A program made the translations under genes and the position numbers. DNA of 60,860 nucleotides. It comes from Alphaproteobacteria bacterium (lineage in GTDB: Bacteria > Pseudomonadota > Alphaproteobacteria > UBA8366 > JADFVY01). This document shows, piece after piece, positions 10,068 to 21,131 of the stretch. The stretch lies in the NCBI GenBank assembly GCA_041563955.1, contig JBFGQV010000003.1, forward strand, positions 1 through 60,860, read 5' to 3'. The notes beneath the pieces were generated by a model, which saw only the letters and a program-made list of their open reading frames with translations, was not told where the DNA came from and searched no databases. How positions within the stretch are numbered: the first letter of the stretch is position 1; the number at the start of each line of letters is the position of its first letter.

Positions 10068-11692
10068 GCGGCCCGACCCGCGCGGCGGCCCTGTACCGGC
10101 GGCACCTGCCGCTCGTCCTGGCGGCGTTGGTTCTGGTACCCGCCGTTGCGTCCGCCGGCCCTTATGCGCCGACCGGCGAGACCTGCGGCGGGCTGCCCAA
10201 GGTCGCGGTGGAGACGATCGACGGCGTCTGCATCGGCATCGTGCTGCAGCGCACCGAGGGTCTGCCGCTCGTCAAGCCGCGCAAGATCGCGCAGGTCGCG
10301 GGCCAGGACGCATTCCTGCTGACCGACATGGGCGGCTGGGACGGCAATGTCGGGTCGCTGTACCTGATCGAGCGGCGTGACGGAAGCTATGCGGCGCGAC
10401 GGCTGCGCGGCGAGTTGAACCTGCCGCACCAGATCCTGCGCGGGCCCGGCGGCCGCTACTATCTTGGCGAGGCGCACCGCATCATCTCCTTCCGGCTTGG
10501 CGCGAGGAGGCGGCCGGTCGACTGGCGCACGGTCGTCGACGGCCTGCCGGATCTCGGCGACAACCTGCACCCGCTCACCCATTTCATCTTCCTTGCGAAC
10601 GGCGATCTGCTGATCAATGTCGGCGCCGCGACGGATGCCTGCGCGGGGGAGATGGACTCGGGCGTCTGCCGTGCCCGCGAATCGAACGGCCTGCTGCGCC
10701 GCTACCGCTACCTGCCGGCGAACGGCGCATGGTCCCCGGACTACGAGATCTTCGCGACCGGACTGCGCAATTCGATGGCGCTGGTGCAGCATCCCTCGGG
10801 GACGATCCTGCAGGCCGAGAACGGCGTCGATTTCAAGCCGCTCGGCACGCCCTACGAAGAGATCAACGTGGTCGAGCGCGGCGACGATTTCGGCTGGCCC
10901 TACTGCCACGACAACGACGCCACCCATCCCCGCTGGGGCCGGGGGGCGGAATGCCGGAGCGAAGCCTACAAAAGGCCCTGGACCCTGATGCCGCCCCACA
11001 CCGCGCCGCTGGACATGATTTACTATACGGGCGATCTGATGCCCGCCCTGCAGGGCAAGCTATTGATCAGCTGGCACGGCTACCGTGCCTTCGGCCACCG
11101 CGTGGTCGCCTATGACGTGGACGAGCAGGGGCGGCCGCTGCGCGGCGCGGACGCGACGTTTTGGTCCGACCCCACGACCGCGGAGCCCCGCCGCGCCGAA
11201 CTCTTCTATACGCCCGACGGATCCGCCGGGCCGGTCAGCCAGCACATCGAGATCACGACCGCCTGGAACCGGCTGTCCGGCATCCGTCCGCGGGGCGCGC
11301 CCGTCGGCCTGCTTGAGGCCGAGGACGGCAGCCTGTGGATCGTCGACGACAAGAACCGGGCGGTGCTGCGCATGGCCCCGGGCGCGCCGTGGAGGTTCGA
11401 TCCGGGACGCGACCTGTCCGCAGCCGCAGCGCTGATCCAGGACCCCGCGCTTGCCGCCGGCGCGCAGCCGGTGCTGAGCCGTCGCTGCCAGGCCTGCCAC
11501 GAATTCCTCAAGGGCGTGGAGACCCCTCGACTCGCCGCCGCCATGGCACGCGCCGGCTGGCTCTCGACGCCGCTCGCCGAGAGCAAGCTCGCCACTGTCC
11601 TTGACGCGCGTTCGATGCCGCCGGACAAACAGATTTCCGAAGCTGAGCGGGCCCGCATCCGCGACTGGTTCGTCACGCTGCGGCCGGAATAG
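10064..11692 (+). CDS. Secreted PQQ-dependent sugar (sorbosone/glucose) dehydrogenase-family beta-propeller with C-terminal c-type cytochrome domain
   Basis: 542 aa with a signal peptide (LVLAALVLVPAVASA). GLRNSMALVQHPSG and INVVERGDDFGWPYCH motifs of the sGDH/sorbosone dehydrogenase family. C-terminal CQACH heme-binding motif. Confidence 0.7.
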   Translation: MSGPTRAAALYRRHLPLVLAALVLVPAVASAGPYAPTGETCGGLPKVAVETIDGVCIGIVLQRTEGLPLVKPRKIAQVAGQDAFLLTDMGGWDGNVGSLYLIERRDGSYAARRLRGELNLPHQILRGPGGRYYLGEAHRIISFRLGARRRPVDWRTVVDGLPDLGDNLHPLTHFIFLANGDLLINVGAATDACAGEMDSGVCRARESNGLLRRYRYLPANGAWSPDYEIFATGLRNSMALVQHPSGTILQAENGVDFKPLGTPYEEINVVERGDDFGWPYCHDNDATHPRWGRGAECRSEAYKRPWTLMPPHTAPLDMIYYTGDLMPALQGKLLISWHGYRAFGHRVVAYDVDEQGRPLRGADATFWSDPTTAEPRRAELFYTPDGSAGPVSQHIEITTAWNRLSGIRPRGAPVGLLEAEDGSLWIVDDKNRAVLRMAPGAPWRFDPGRDLSAAAALIQDPALAAGAQPVLSRRCQACHEFLKGVETPRLAAAMARAGWLSTPLAESKLATVLDARSMPPDKQISEAERARIRDWFVTLRPE

Positions 11693-11806
11693 GCATCGGC
11701 GGAAATCTTGGCTTCCATTGTCGGGAACCGGACCTTCGATTCCATGCCTGTCCGATGGACGATCCCGCACAATATCGCGTAAGACGGGTGTTCGACACGG
11801 ATCGGA

Positions 11807-12946
11807 ATGGCACGCATGAGCAAGACCTGGCTGGAGACCGTGCCGGTGCTGGACCATTTCGCGCAGGTCGCTGATCCGGCCCGCTTCGCCGCACTCCCTG
11901 ATGATTGGGTGATCGGCGTCTCCGACGTGGAGGACTCGACCGGTGCGATCGCGGCCGGCCGCTACAAGGCCGTGAATCTCGCCGGCGCCGCGACGATCAG
12001 CGCCGTCGCCAACGCGCTTGGCGGGCGGCTGTCGCTGGTCGTCTTCGGCGGCGACGGTGCCCGCATCGCGGTCCCGCCCGACCAGGTGTCGGCGGCGGCC
12101 GATGCGCTTGCGCGTGTCGCCATATGGGCCGAGCGCGACCTCGATCTTCGACTGCGAGTCGGCGTTGCGCCTGTCGCCGCGATACGCGCTGCGGGCTTCG
12201 ATGCGCGGGTGGCGTACTGGCAGGCGTCCGAGAATGTCCGGTACGCCATGTTCACCGGCGGCGGCCTGGAGTGGGCCGAAGCGCAGCTGAAGGAGGGCGC
12301 CATCGAGCTCGCCGCGGCGCCGGCGGGGGACGAACCGGATCTTACCGGCCTGTCGTGTCAGTGGGGGCCGATCCGGGCCCGGCAAGGCAAGATCGTGTCG
12401 CTCATCGTCAAGCAGGCGAACGGCGCGTCCGGGGCCCGGTTCGCGGATGTGGCCGCGCGCATCGTCGCAGTGATCGAGGAGGAGACCGGCGCGAATCCCG
12501 TGCCGGCGGACGGGCCGGAGGTGCGCTGGCCGTCGGCCGCCGTCGACCTGCAGGCGCGCGTCCCGCAACGGGGACGGTCGCGCTGGCGGCGCCGTCTCGG
12601 CGTGTTCGCGACCGCGACGCTGGCCTGGCTGGTGTTCCGCCTCGGATTGCCGATCGGCCGGTTCGATCCCGGCCGCTATCGGCGCGAGATCGCCCTGAAC
12701 ACAGATTTCCGCAAATTCGACGACGGGCTGATGATGACGGTGGACTGTGCGCCGGCAACGGCTGCGCGACTGGGCGCGATCCTCGACGAGGCGTCGGCCG
12801 ACGGCGTCGTCCGCTACGGCCTGCACATGCAGGACTCGGCGCTCATGACCTGCGTCGTGCCCTCGGTGCGGGCGCCCGACCACATGCATTTCGTCGACGG
12901 CGCCGGCGGCGGCTACGCATCTGCCGCCCGGCAACTGCGGGAATGA
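11807..12946 (+). CDS. DUF3095-family protein (nucleotidyl-cyclase-like fold; function unknown)
   Basis: 379 aa. The N-terminal pattern LPDDWVIGVSDVEDSTGAIAAGRYKAVNLAGAATISAVANAL matches my memory of DUF3095 proteins. Not verifiable here. Confidence 0.5.
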   Translation: MARMSKTWLETVPVLDHFAQVADPARFAALPDDWVIGVSDVEDSTGAIAAGRYKAVNLAGAATISAVANALGGRLSLVVFGGDGARIAVPPDQVSAAADALARVAIWAERDLDLRLRVGVAPVAAIRAAGFDARVAYWQASENVRYAMFTGGGLEWAEAQLKEGAIELAAAPAGDEPDLTGLSCQWGPIRARQGKIVSLIVKQANGASGARFADVAARIVAVIEEETGANPVPADGPEVRWPSAAVDLQARVPQRGRSRWRRRLGVFATATLAWLVFRLGLPIGRFDPGRYRREIALNTDFRKFDDGLMMTVDCAPATAARLGAILDEASADGVVRYGLHMQDSALMTCVVPSVRAPDHMHFVDGAGGGYASAARQLRE

Positions 12947-13051
12947 GCGTCACGCAACACCACGAGCGGCCGGATCGGCCTTGCCCGCCTGTCCCGTATC
13001 CGTGACACGGCGGCGATGGTCCGCGACATCGCAGCCGTGCGTCGGGGTGCC

Positions 13052-14152
13052 TCAATCGTTACCTGCGCGCCGGCTCCGCCTGCCCAGGCCGGCGCGGTCG
13101 ATGGCGGCGGCGCGCACCAGGGCGTGGACCGTCCGGCCCGGCGCCAGGTCGAGCCGCCGCGCGGCGAGCCGCGTCACCCGGGCCCACAGCGTTGCGCCGA
13201 TATCGACCAGCACGTCGACCTGGCCGTCCTTGCGGTCGCTGACCTCGGTGACCGTGCCGGCGAACACGTTGAGGATGCTGATGTCCTCCGGCGGCCGCAG
13301 CGCCAACGAGACGTCGCGGGCGCGGATGCGGACGCGGATGCTCTCGCCGACCGGCGCGTCGACCAGCGGCACGGTGACGGCCAGACCGTCGCGGGCGAGG
13401 TGGCTGACGGCGGCACCCGGGTCGTGCGCCCGCACCGTCAGCGGCAGCACCGAGCCGGCCTCGTAGCGCCCCGTCAGCGGCCGCAGGTCGAGCCGGCTCA
13501 TCAGCTCCTCGACGGTGCCGACCGCGGCGACGGTCCCGTCGGAGACGAGGACGAGCGTGTCGGCGAGGCGCACGATCTCCTCCATCGCGTGGGTGACGTA
13601 GACGATCGGGATCGCGAACTCGTCGCGCAGCCGCTCGATGAAGGGCAGGATCTCGGCCTTGCGCGGCCCGTCGAGCGAGGCCAGTGGCTCGTCCATCAGG
13701 AGGAGCCGGGGCGAGGCGAGAAGGGCGCGGCCGATGGCGACGCGCTGTTGCTCGCCGCCCGACAGGGTGCGCGGCGAACGGTCGAGCAGCGGCTTTATGT
13801 CGAGCAGGTCGACGACCTGGTCGAAGGCGACGGCACCGTCCTTGCCCTTCATGCCGTAGGCGAGGTTGTGGCGCACGCTCATATGCGGGAACAGTCGGCC
13901 CTCCTGGAAGACGTAGCCCAGCCGCCGCGACTCCGGCGGCAGGTCGATGCCGGCGGCGGCGTCGAACAGGGTCGTGCCGTCCACGGCGATGCGCCCGGAA
14001 TCCGGCCGCTCCAGCCCGGCCAGCATGTTCACGATCATCGACTTGCCGGCGCCGGAGCGGCCGAACAGCGCGGTGATGCCGCCGGCGGCCCCGGTGAACG
14101 CGGCCTCGATGCGCAGGTCGCCGATGCGGCGCCGGATATCGACCTCGATCAT
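13052..14152 (-). CDS. modC: Molybdate ABC transporter ATP-binding protein
   Basis: 367 aa from the internal ATG (MIEVDIRRR). Walker A GRSGAGKS, signature LSGGEQQRV, and a C-terminal TOBE/Mop-like domain. ATGA overlap with modB. Confidence 0.88.
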   Translation of the reverse strand: MIEVDIRRRIGDLRIEAAFTGAAGGITALFGRSGAGKSMIVNMLAGLERPDSGRIAVDGTTLFDAAAGIDLPPESRRLGYVFQEGRLFPHMSVRHNLAYGMKGKDGAVAFDQVVDLLDIKPLLDRSPRTLSGGEQQRVAIGRALLASPRLLLMDEPLASLDGPRKAEILPFIERLRDEFAIPIVYVTHAMEEIVRLADTLVLVSDGTVAAVGTVEELMSRLDLRPLTGRYEAGSVLPLTVRAHDPGAAVSHLARDGLAVTVPLVDAPVGESIRVRIRARDVSLALRPPEDISILNVFAGTVTEVSDRKDGQVDVLVDIGATLWARVTRLAARRLDLAPGRTVHALVRAAAIDRAGLGRRSRRAGND

Positions 14153-14841
14153 GCGCCGCTCCCGATGCGGCGCGCCAGCCGGCGGGCCAGCCATTCCGAG
14201 GCGACCACCGCGGCCAGCGCCAGCGCCACGGCGATCAGGGCGAGCCGCGCCGCCGCCGCCTCGCCATCCGGCGTCTGCGTCAGCGTATAGAGGGCGATCG
14301 GCAGGGTGCGCGTCTCGCCCGGGATGTTGGAGACGAAGGTGATGGTGGCGCCGAACTCGCCGAGCGCCCGTGCGAAGGCCAGCACCACGCCGGCGAGGAT
14401 GCCCGGCGCCATCAGCGGCAGGGTGATCGTCGCGAAGACCCTGGTGCGGCCGGCGCCCAGCGTGCGCGCCGCGGCCTCGAGCCTCCGGTCGACCGCCTCC
14501 AGCGACAGCCGCATCGCCCGCACCATCAGCGGGAAGGCCATCACCGCGGCGGCTACGGCGGCGCCTTTCCAGGTAAAGGCGACGGTGATGCCGAAGCTGT
14601 CGTAGAGCCACCCCCCGACCGGCCCGTGCCGGCCGAGCAGCACCAGCAACGCGTAGCCGACGACCACCGGCGGCACCACCAGCGGCAGATGGATCAGCCC
14701 GTCGACCAGCGATTTCCCGAGAAACGAACGGCGCGCCAGCAGCCAGGCGGCGGCGAGGCCGAGCGGCAGCGAGAACACGACGCTGGCAATTGCGACCTTG
14801 AGGCTCAGCCCCAGCGCCTCGATCTCCATCGGGCTCAGCAT
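14149..14841 (-). CDS. modB: Molybdate ABC transporter permease
   Basis: 230 aa. The typical ModB/CysTW-type EAA loop region (EAAARTLGAGRTRVFATITLP). Confidence 0.88.
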   Translation of the reverse strand: MLSPMEIEALGLSLKVAIASVVFSLPLGLAAAWLLARRSFLGKSLVDGLIHLPLVVPPVVVGYALLVLLGRHGPVGGWLYDSFGITVAFTWKGAAVAAAVMAFPLMVRAMRLSLEAVDRRLEAAARTLGAGRTRVFATITLPLMAPGILAGVVLAFARALGEFGATITFVSNIPGETRTLPIALYTLTQTPDGEAAAARLALIAVALALAAVVASEWLARRLARRIGSGA

Positions 14842-14853
14842 CGCCGTCTCGCC

Positions 14854-15639
14854 TCAGTCGACGACGAAGCCGTGCCGGCGGAACACGGCCTGGGCCTCCG
14901 GCCGCTGCAGGTCGAGCGCGAACTGCCTGGCGTCGGCTGTGCGCCTGGCCGCGACGACGCCGGCCGGGTAGATGATGGGCGCGTGGCTGCCGGGGGGAAA
15001 TGCCGCGGCGATGCGAATCCTGCTGCTGAGCGCGGCGTCGCTCGCATAGACGATGCCGGCGGCAACCTCGCCGCGCTCGACCAGCAGCAGCGCCGAACGA
15101 ACGTTGGGCAGGAATACCGCGGCGCCTTCAAGCCGCGGCCACAGACCCAGCGACGCGAGCGCTTCCTTCGCATAGATGCCGGCCGGCACGTGGGCGGGAT
15201 CGCCGATTGCAAGGCGGGCGCCGCCGAGGCGGGCCGGCAGGGACTCGTCAAGGGCAAGCGCAGCGTGCGCCCCCGCCGGCTGGACGAGGACGAGGCGGTT
15301 GCCGACCAGCGGCACCGGCGCACCGTCGATGAGGCCGCGCGCGACCAGCCAGTCCATCCAGCGCCGGTTGGCGGAAATGAACAGGTCCGCCGGCGCGCCG
15401 CTGGCGATCTGCCGCGCAAGCACGCCGGAACTGGCGAACACGAGGCGGACCTCGATTCCGCCCGTCTTCTTGTGGTCGGCGGCGATCTCGGTGAGCGCGG
15501 GCGCCATGCTGGCGGCGGCGAACACGGTGAGCGGCGGCCCCTCATCCGCCTGTGCGCCGCCCGTGCCAGGAAGCGCCGCGGGAACCGCGAGCGCGAGCGC
15601 CGCGAGCGCGGCGGCAAGCATGATCAGCCCTGTTCTCAT
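14854..15639 (-). CDS. modA: Molybdate ABC transporter periplasmic substrate-binding protein
   Basis: 261 aa with a signal peptide. LTVFAAASM...F(A/S)SSG pattern. First gene of the modABC string. Confidence 0.85.
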   Translation of the reverse strand: MRTGLIMLAAALAALALAVPAALPGTGGAQADEGPPLTVFAAASMAPALTEIAADHKKTGGIEVRLVFASSGVLARQIASGAPADLFISANRRWMDWLVARGLIDGAPVPLVGNRLVLVQPAGAHAALALDESLPARLGGARLAIGDPAHVPAGIYAKEALASLGLWPRLEGAAVFLPNVRSALLLVERGEVAAGIVYASDAALSSRIRIAAAFPPGSHAPIIYPAGVVAARRTADARQFALDLQRPEAQAVFRRHGFVVD

Positions 15640-15683
15640 GCCGTCAGACTAACGCACGACGCGGGACCGTCGTCAATTGCGCG

Positions 15684-16049
15684 CTACGCGACCGGCTCGG
15701 CGATGGTGACGAGCTCGCCGTCACGCACAGCGCGGTAGAAGCAATTGCGCCGGTTGGTATGGCAGGCGGGGCCGGTCTGGTCGACCAGGAGCAGGAGGGT
15801 GTCGCCGTCGCAATCGAGGCGCATCTCGACCAGCGACTGGGCGTGGCCGGAGGTCTCGCCCTTGCGCCACAGTGTGGTCCGCGAGCGCGACCAGTAGCAG
15901 ACGCGGGCCGTTTCCAGCGTCTCGGCGATCGACTCCCGGTTCATCCAGGCCATCATCAGCACCTCGCCCGAATCGTGCTGCTGGGCGATCGCCGGCACCA
16001 GCCCGTCGGCGTTGAACTTGACCTGTGCAAGAATGTCCGTCGTCGTCAT
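15684..16049 (-). CDS. hisI: Phosphoribosyl-AMP cyclohydrolase (monofunctional)
   Basis: 121 aa. [37 protein letters not shown] and [18 protein letters not shown] motifs. Confidence 0.92.
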   Translation of the reverse strand: MTTTDILAQVKFNADGLVPAIAQQHDSGEVLMMAWMNRESIAETLETARVCYWSRSRTTLWRKGETSGHAQSLVEMRLDCDGDTLLLLVDQTGPACHTNRRNCFYRAVRDGELVTIAEPVA

Positions 16050-16050
16050 C

Positions 16051-17214
16051 TCACTCCCCCGCTTTGCGCAACCGCTCCAGCCCGGCCGCGAGATCGGCGA
16101 TCAGATCGTCCGTGTCCTCCAAGCCGACATGGATGCGCATCGCCTGACCCTTTTCCTGCCAACGCTTGGCGCTGCGCGACTTGTTGGGCCAGGTCGGGAT
16201 CAGCAGGCTTTCGAAGCCGCCCCAGCTCGCGCCCATGCCGTGCAGCTTGAGGCCGTCCATCATCGCGGCCAGCGCCGTCATGTCGGTGCACTCCAGCACG
16301 AAGCCGAACAGGCTGCAGGCGCCGGTAAAATCCCGCTTCCAGAGTTCGTGCCCAGGATCGCCTTCGAGTGCCGGGTGCATGACCCGCGTGACCTCCGGCC
16401 GGCCGGACAGCCAGCGCGCGACGGCGAGGCCGCTGTCATACTGCCGTTTCAGGCGGACGCCCATGGTGCGCAGGCCGCGCAGGGCAAGATACAGATCGTC
16501 CGGTCCGGCGCAGACGCCCAGTGCCTGGACCTCGGATCGGACATGTCCGTAACGCTCCTGGTCCTTCCAGACGATGATGCCGATGGTGGTATCGGCATGC
16601 CCGACGATATACTTCGTGCCCGCCTGCAGCACGATGTCGGCGCCCAGCGCCAGCGGCCTGTAGTAATAGCCGGCGCCCCAGGTGTTGTCGGCGATGACCG
16701 TGGCGCCCGCCCGCCGGGCGGCCTCGGCGATCGCCGGCAGGTCCTGCACCTCGAAGGTCAGCGACCCGGGAGACTCGACGAAGACGACCGACGTGTGCGG
16801 CCGGATCAGCCCGGCGATATCGCCGCCGATCAGCGGATCGTAATACTCGACCTCGACGCCGAACTTCGTCAGCGCCGTATCGCAGAAACGCCGCGTCGGC
16901 TGGTAGGCGCTGTCGGTCATCAAGACGTGATCGCCGGCCTTGGCGCAGGCGAGTAGTGCCGTCGTGATCGCCGCCAGCCCCGAAGGCGTGCTGACCGCAC
17001 CCGTCCCGCCTTCCAGTTCGGTTACCGCGTCCTCCAGCGCGAAGCTGGTGGGCGTGCCGCTGCGCCCGTAGCGGACCTTCGCGCTGCCGCGCGCCAGGTA
17101 ATCCTCGAGCGTCCGGGAGAGCACTGTCGACGCATGGTAGACCGGCGGATTGACGATGCCGTGGTTGGCGTGCGGATCGAGGCCGGCATGGGTCAGGAGA
17201 GTGTCGTCTTTCAT
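16051..17214 (-). CDS. metC: Cystathionine beta-lyase (PLP-dependent, Cys/Met metabolism family)
   Basis: 387 aa from the internal ATG ([11 protein letters not shown]). YGRSGTPT and [10 protein letters not shown] (PLP lysine) motifs. Confidence 0.82.
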   Translation of the reverse strand: MKDDTLLTHAGLDPHANHGIVNPPVYHASTVLSRTLEDYLARGSAKVRYGRSGTPTSFALEDAVTELEGGTGAVSTPSGLAAITTALLACAKAGDHVLMTDSAYQPTRRFCDTALTKFGVEVEYYDPLIGGDIAGLIRPHTSVVFVESPGSLTFEVQDLPAIAEAARRAGATVIADNTWGAGYYYRPLALGADIVLQAGTKYIVGHADTTIGIIVWKDQERYGHVRSEVQALGVCAGPDDLYLALRGLRTMGVRLKRQYDSGLAVARWLSGRPEVTRVMHPALEGDPGHELWKRDFTGACSLFGFVLECTDMTALAAMMDGLKLHGMGASWGGFESLLIPTWPNKSRSAKRWQEKGQAMRIHVGLEDTDDLIADLAAGLERLRKAGE

Positions 17215-17289
17215 CGAAAATCCAATTATCTTTGCGCCGCGCAGCGGCCGGTGCTTCGGGGCGCGCATTCAAGCATCGCGGCCGCCGGG

Positions 17290-18438
17290 ATGCCAGCAGC
17301 ATTTGAAGGGAAGGGCAGGGCGTTGGACAGCGAATCCGCAGACTGCGTGGTCATCGGGGCCGGAGTGATCGGCCTCGCGATCGCGCGGGCGCTGGCGCTG
17401 GCGGGGCGCGAGGTCATCGTGCTGGAGGCCGAGGACGCCGTCGGCACCCACACCAGCTCGCGCAACAGCGAGGTGATCCATGCCGGCATCTATTATGCGC
17501 GGGACAGCCTGAAGGCGCGGACATGTGTCGCCGGGCGCGACATGCTGTACCGCTACTGCGCCGGGCACGGCGTCGCGAACCGGCGCTGTGGCAAGCTGAT
17601 CGTCGCCGCCGGCTCGGCCGAGGAACCGGAGCTCGCACGCATCGCGGCTGCCGCCGCGGCCAACGGCGTCGGCGACCTCAAGCCGCTGGACGCCGATGAC
17701 CTGCGCGCCATGGAACCGGCGCTGCGCGGCACCGCCGCCCTGCTGTCGCCATCGACCGGCATCATAGACAGCCACGGCCTGATGCTGGCCTATCAGGGTG
17801 ACGCCGAGGACCGCGGCGCGATGGTGGCCTTCAACAGCCCGGTCGAGGGCGGCGGCATCGCCGCCGCCGGCATCGAGCTTGCAGTCGGCGGCGCGGCGCC
17901 GATGCGGCTGACGTGTCGCGCCGTCGTCAACGCCGCGGGGCTGCGGTCGCCGGCCCTGGCGGCCTCGATCACCGGATTTCCGGCCCGCCACGTGCCCCGG
18001 CAGTGGCTGGCGCGGGGCAATTACTTCACCCTGGCGACGGCGCCGCCGTTCCGCCGCCTGATCTATCCCGTGCCCGAACCGGGCGGCCTCGGCGTGCACC
18101 TTACCCTGGACCTCGCCGGCCGTGCCCGTTTCGGCCCCGACGTCGAGTGGATCGAGGCGGTGGACTACAGCGTCGATCCGGCGCGCGGCGACCGGTTCTA
18201 CGCGGCGATCCGGCGCTACTGGCCGGACCTTCCCGACGGCGCGCTCGAGCCCGGTTACGCCGGCATCCGGCCGAAACTCGTGCCCGCCGGCGCGCCGCCG
18301 CAGGATTTCGTCGTGCAGGGCCCCGCCGATCACGGCGTGGCGGGGCTCGTCAACCTGTACGGGATCGAATCACCGGGCCTCACGGCGTCGCTGGCGCTCG
18401 CCGACCTGGTCGCTGCAATGCTTCAGGACGGCTCGTAA
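17290..18438 (+). CDS. FAD-dependent oxidoreductase (L-2-hydroxyglutarate oxidase/DAO family)
   Basis: 382 aa from the internal ATG. Dinucleotide-binding motif [18 protein letters not shown] and [14 protein letters not shown] typical of LhgO-like enzymes. Substrate not assignable. Confidence 0.7.
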   Translation: MPAAFEGKGRALDSESADCVVIGAGVIGLAIARALALAGREVIVLEAEDAVGTHTSSRNSEVIHAGIYYARDSLKARTCVAGRDMLYRYCAGHGVANRRCGKLIVAAGSAEEPELARIAAAAAANGVGDLKPLDADDLRAMEPALRGTAALLSPSTGIIDSHGLMLAYQGDAEDRGAMVAFNSPVEGGGIAAAGIELAVGGAAPMRLTCRAVVNAAGLRSPALAASITGFPARHVPRQWLARGNYFTLATAPPFRRLIYPVPEPGGLGVHLTLDLAGRARFGPDVEWIEAVDYSVDPARGDRFYAAIRRYWPDLPDGALEPGYAGIRPKLVPAGAPPQDFVVQGPADHGVAGLVNLYGIESPGLTASLALADLVAAMLQDGS

Positions 18439-20162
18439 CCGAATTCCAGGACGAACGGCTCCAGCATCGGCTGGATCGGCGCGAGCCGGTCCGCATATTT
18501 CCTCCAGCGCGAGACGGCACGATTGTCGATCGCCTGAGTCACCGCTACGCGGCTCGGTGTCATGATGGGTCTGGTCTTTGCATGGTCCGCGTAACGGTTG
18601 ACGGATTCGTCCCAGGGTAGATCCAAAAAGTCGAGCACGCGGCCAACGGTTCCCTCGAAGTCGGCGACCAGGTCTTCGTACCGGTACTCTATCCAGCGGA
18701 TCGAGAGTGTCTCCCGATAATGGAGCCACAGTTCCATGACCGCGCAATACAGGCGGGCAGTCGTCTCCAAGGACAGGAAATGCACCATCCCCTGGTTCAT
18801 AGCGAACTGCTGCATGAAGCAGCTCAGGCACGTGTCGCGTGGATCACGCAGTGCGACGAGTGCCCTCGCACGGGGGAAGAGAAACTGGATCGGACCAAGT
18901 TCCAAGATGTTGAAGGGAAACTTGTCGACAAGTTGAATGCCGTTCAGATCGGACCCAGTAATGTGGCGCGCGTTCTCAAGGAATTCCTTCCGCAAGCTGG
19001 CGATTCGGCCGTCTGTCAGCGTGCCAAGTGCCTCTGATAGTTCCATATTGGACAGTTTTCGAATGTCATGCAATGTGCGTGTTAAGGGGCTGTTTTCGTT
19101 GGTCGTCTCGATCTTCGGATGTGCCCCGAGTATCTGCTCCATAAGCGTTGTCCCGGATCGCGGAAACCCGACAAAGAATGTTACCGGCGACATATCGTTC
19201 GACTGCGTTGCGCGATTTCTGGAAACCCAGCGATCGGGGGGACACGTCCGATAGGCGTCGATCCTCCTGGCCATTACGTCCCGGTCGAGTTCACGCGCCC
19301 AATGGCCCGATTTGGTAATTTCGTTCATCTTCTCGAATGATCGAAATGCGTCTTGGTAATCGCCCTGCCGATCCTGGAGTTTGCCGAGTTCATACCAGGC
19401 TGCGGCGAGGTAACGATCCTCAAGCGGTGCAGCGGCCGCCCGACGATACAGGTCGGAGGCCGACTCGAAATTGCGGTGTCGCTCCTGTTTGCGGGCGTTC
19501 ATGAGCAATCCCAGCGGTTCGTCAGGCGCAATCCGCAGGAATGTGTCGATCAGTTGATCGGCTTCGTCCGTTCGATAGGTATGTTCGAGGACAGCGACAA
19601 GGGTAGCCATCGGTTGTGGGGCTGCGGGGTTGAGCCGAAGCGCCTGGCGCAGCACCGGTTCCGCTTCGGCGTAACGGCCTGCCTTGTGCAGGACGGCTCC
19701 CAGATTTGCCAAAGCGGGAAAGAAACTGGCCGCAAGGGCAATCGTCGCCCGGTATTCCGCCTCTGCTTCATCCAGGCGTTCCGACCGTTCCAGGGCAACA
19801 CCGAGATTGAAACGGATTTCCGGCCTGTCGGGCGCCAAGGCCCTCGCCCTCTTGTGCCGGTCGATCGCCTTCGTGTGGTCTCCGGCCGCCAGCAGGGCTT
19901 GGCCGAGATGGTCCTGCACAATCGGATCCTTCGGGGCGACCCGGGCGACCACCTCAAGCGGCTTGACGGCCTCGTGTCCCCTCCCGATCTGCAGCAGGGC
20001 GAGGCCCAGATAAAAGGACATCTCCGGATTTCCGGGCGTCTTCTTCAGGAGTTCGCGGTACCGCTGTTCCGCTTCCTTGATCCGGCCCACCTTGTGAAGT
20101 TTCTGCGCATTGGCAAACGCTTTGCGGTTCTTCATTGACTGAATCATGATGGTGTGCAGCAA
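18423..20162 (-). CDS. TPR-repeat protein with C-terminal sulfotransferase domain
   Basis: 579 aa. N-terminal TPR repeats ([27 protein letters not shown]...). C-terminal sulfotransferase PAPS-binding motifs ([16 protein letters not shown]; [13 protein letters not shown]). G+C is visibly lower, with sampled lines at 45-55%. Confidence 0.82.
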   Translation of the reverse strand: MLHTIMIQSMKNRKAFANAQKLHKVGRIKEAEQRYRELLKKTPGNPEMSFYLGLALLQIGRGHEAVKPLEVVARVAPKDPIVQDHLGQALLAAGDHTKAIDRHKRARALAPDRPEIRFNLGVALERSERLDEAEAEYRATIALAASFFPALANLGAVLHKAGRYAEAEPVLRQALRLNPAAPQPMATLVAVLEHTYRTDEADQLIDTFLRIAPDEPLGLLMNARKQERHRNFESASDLYRRAAAAPLEDRYLAAAWYELGKLQDRQGDYQDAFRSFEKMNEITKSGHWARELDRDVMARRIDAYRTCPPDRWVSRNRATQSNDMSPVTFFVGFPRSGTTLMEQILGAHPKIETTNENSPLTRTLHDIRKLSNMELSEALGTLTDGRIASLRKEFLENARHITGSDLNGIQLVDKFPFNILELGPIQFLFPRARALVALRDPRDTCLSCFMQQFAMNQGMVHFLSLETTARLYCAVMELWLHYRETLSIRWIEYRYEDLVADFEGTVGRVLDFLDLPWDESVNRYADHAKTRPIMTPSRVAVTQAIDNRAVSRWRKYADRLAPIQPMLEPFVLEFGYEPS

Positions 20163-20165
20163 ATT

Positions 20166-21131
20166 CTATGCGCCCGGAAGGCCCGGGTCTTCGACGGTGA
20201 CGGTCTTCTGATCATACGGCACGAATCCCGCTTTTTGATAAACCGCCAATGCCGCCGGATGGTCGAGTGTGCAGGTGTGCACCCAGACCCGGCGGGGGCG
20301 CCGCGACCAGGCGGTGGCAACGGCCCAGTCCAGCATGTAGCTGCCGAGTCCGCGACCGATATAGTCCGGGATGAGGCCGAAATAGGCGAGCTCGATCTCG
20401 CCCTCGCGGCGCAGGTCCAGCTCGGCATAGCCCGCTGGCGCGCCGTCGCAGTACAGCACGTAGATTTCGACACGGTCGTCGCGGACGATCGCAGCCAGCG
20501 CGTCGTCGTCCAGCTGGTTGCGCTCGTACCAGCGCCACGGCGCGCCGACCGCGTTGTAGAGATAGCGGTAGAAGCCGACGGTCGGGCGTTCCGCGCGCAG
20601 CAGCGCGATCTTCGACCGGGTGCGCGGCAGCGGCGCCGGCGGGCGGGCAGGGGGCGCGCGCATCTCCAGATAGGTGATCGTCACCTCTAGTTCCGCGGGT
20701 CCGTCGCGCTGCGGCGGTTCGACGAGCCATTTCGCCATCACCTCGCGGTCCTCGGTCTCGTAGCCCGCTGCGCTGTAAAAGCCTGCGACCGGATTGCTGG
20801 TGCGGATCATCAGGTCGACCTTGACCGCTCCGAGATCCTTCAGCCAGGCCTCGGCATGGGCCATCATCGCCTTGCCAAGTCCCTCGCCGCGGCGGCCGGG
20901 CTCCGTGGCCACGTAATAGACCCAGCCGCGGTGGCCGTCATGCCCGGCCATCGCGCTGGCGAAGATCGCCCCGTCTTCCTCGATGACGAAGATCTCGGAC
21001 TGCGGCGCGGCGCGGGCCCGAGCGATGTCGGCCGCGGGATCGTTCCACGGCCGGATGAGATCGCAGGTCTGCCACAGCGCGATCAGCCCATCGATATCAC
21101 CGTCCGCAACCGGGCGAATCGTTCGCGTCAT
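20166..21131 (-). CDS. Tandem (two-domain) GNAT-family N-acetyltransferase
   Basis: 321 aa from the internal ATG (MTRTIRPVADGDIDGL). There are two acetyl-CoA-binding GNAT cores (RRGEGLGKAMM and IGRGLGSYML). The start overlaps the sseA stop (ATGA). Confidence 0.75.
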   Translation of the reverse strand: MTRTIRPVADGDIDGLIALWQTCDLIRPWNDPAADIARARAAPQSEIFVIEEDGAIFASAMAGHDGHRGWVYYVATEPGRRGEGLGKAMMAHAEAWLKDLGAVKVDLMIRTSNPVAGFYSAAGYETEDREVMAKWLVEPPQRDGPAELEVTITYLEMRAPPARPPAPLPRTRSKIALLRAERPTVGFYRYLYNAVGAPWRWYERNQLDDDALAAIVRDDRVEIYVLYCDGAPAGYAELDLRREGEIELAYFGLIPDYIGRGLGSYMLDWAVATAWSRRPRRVWVHTCTLDHPAALAVYQKAGFVPYDQKTVTVEDPGLPGA

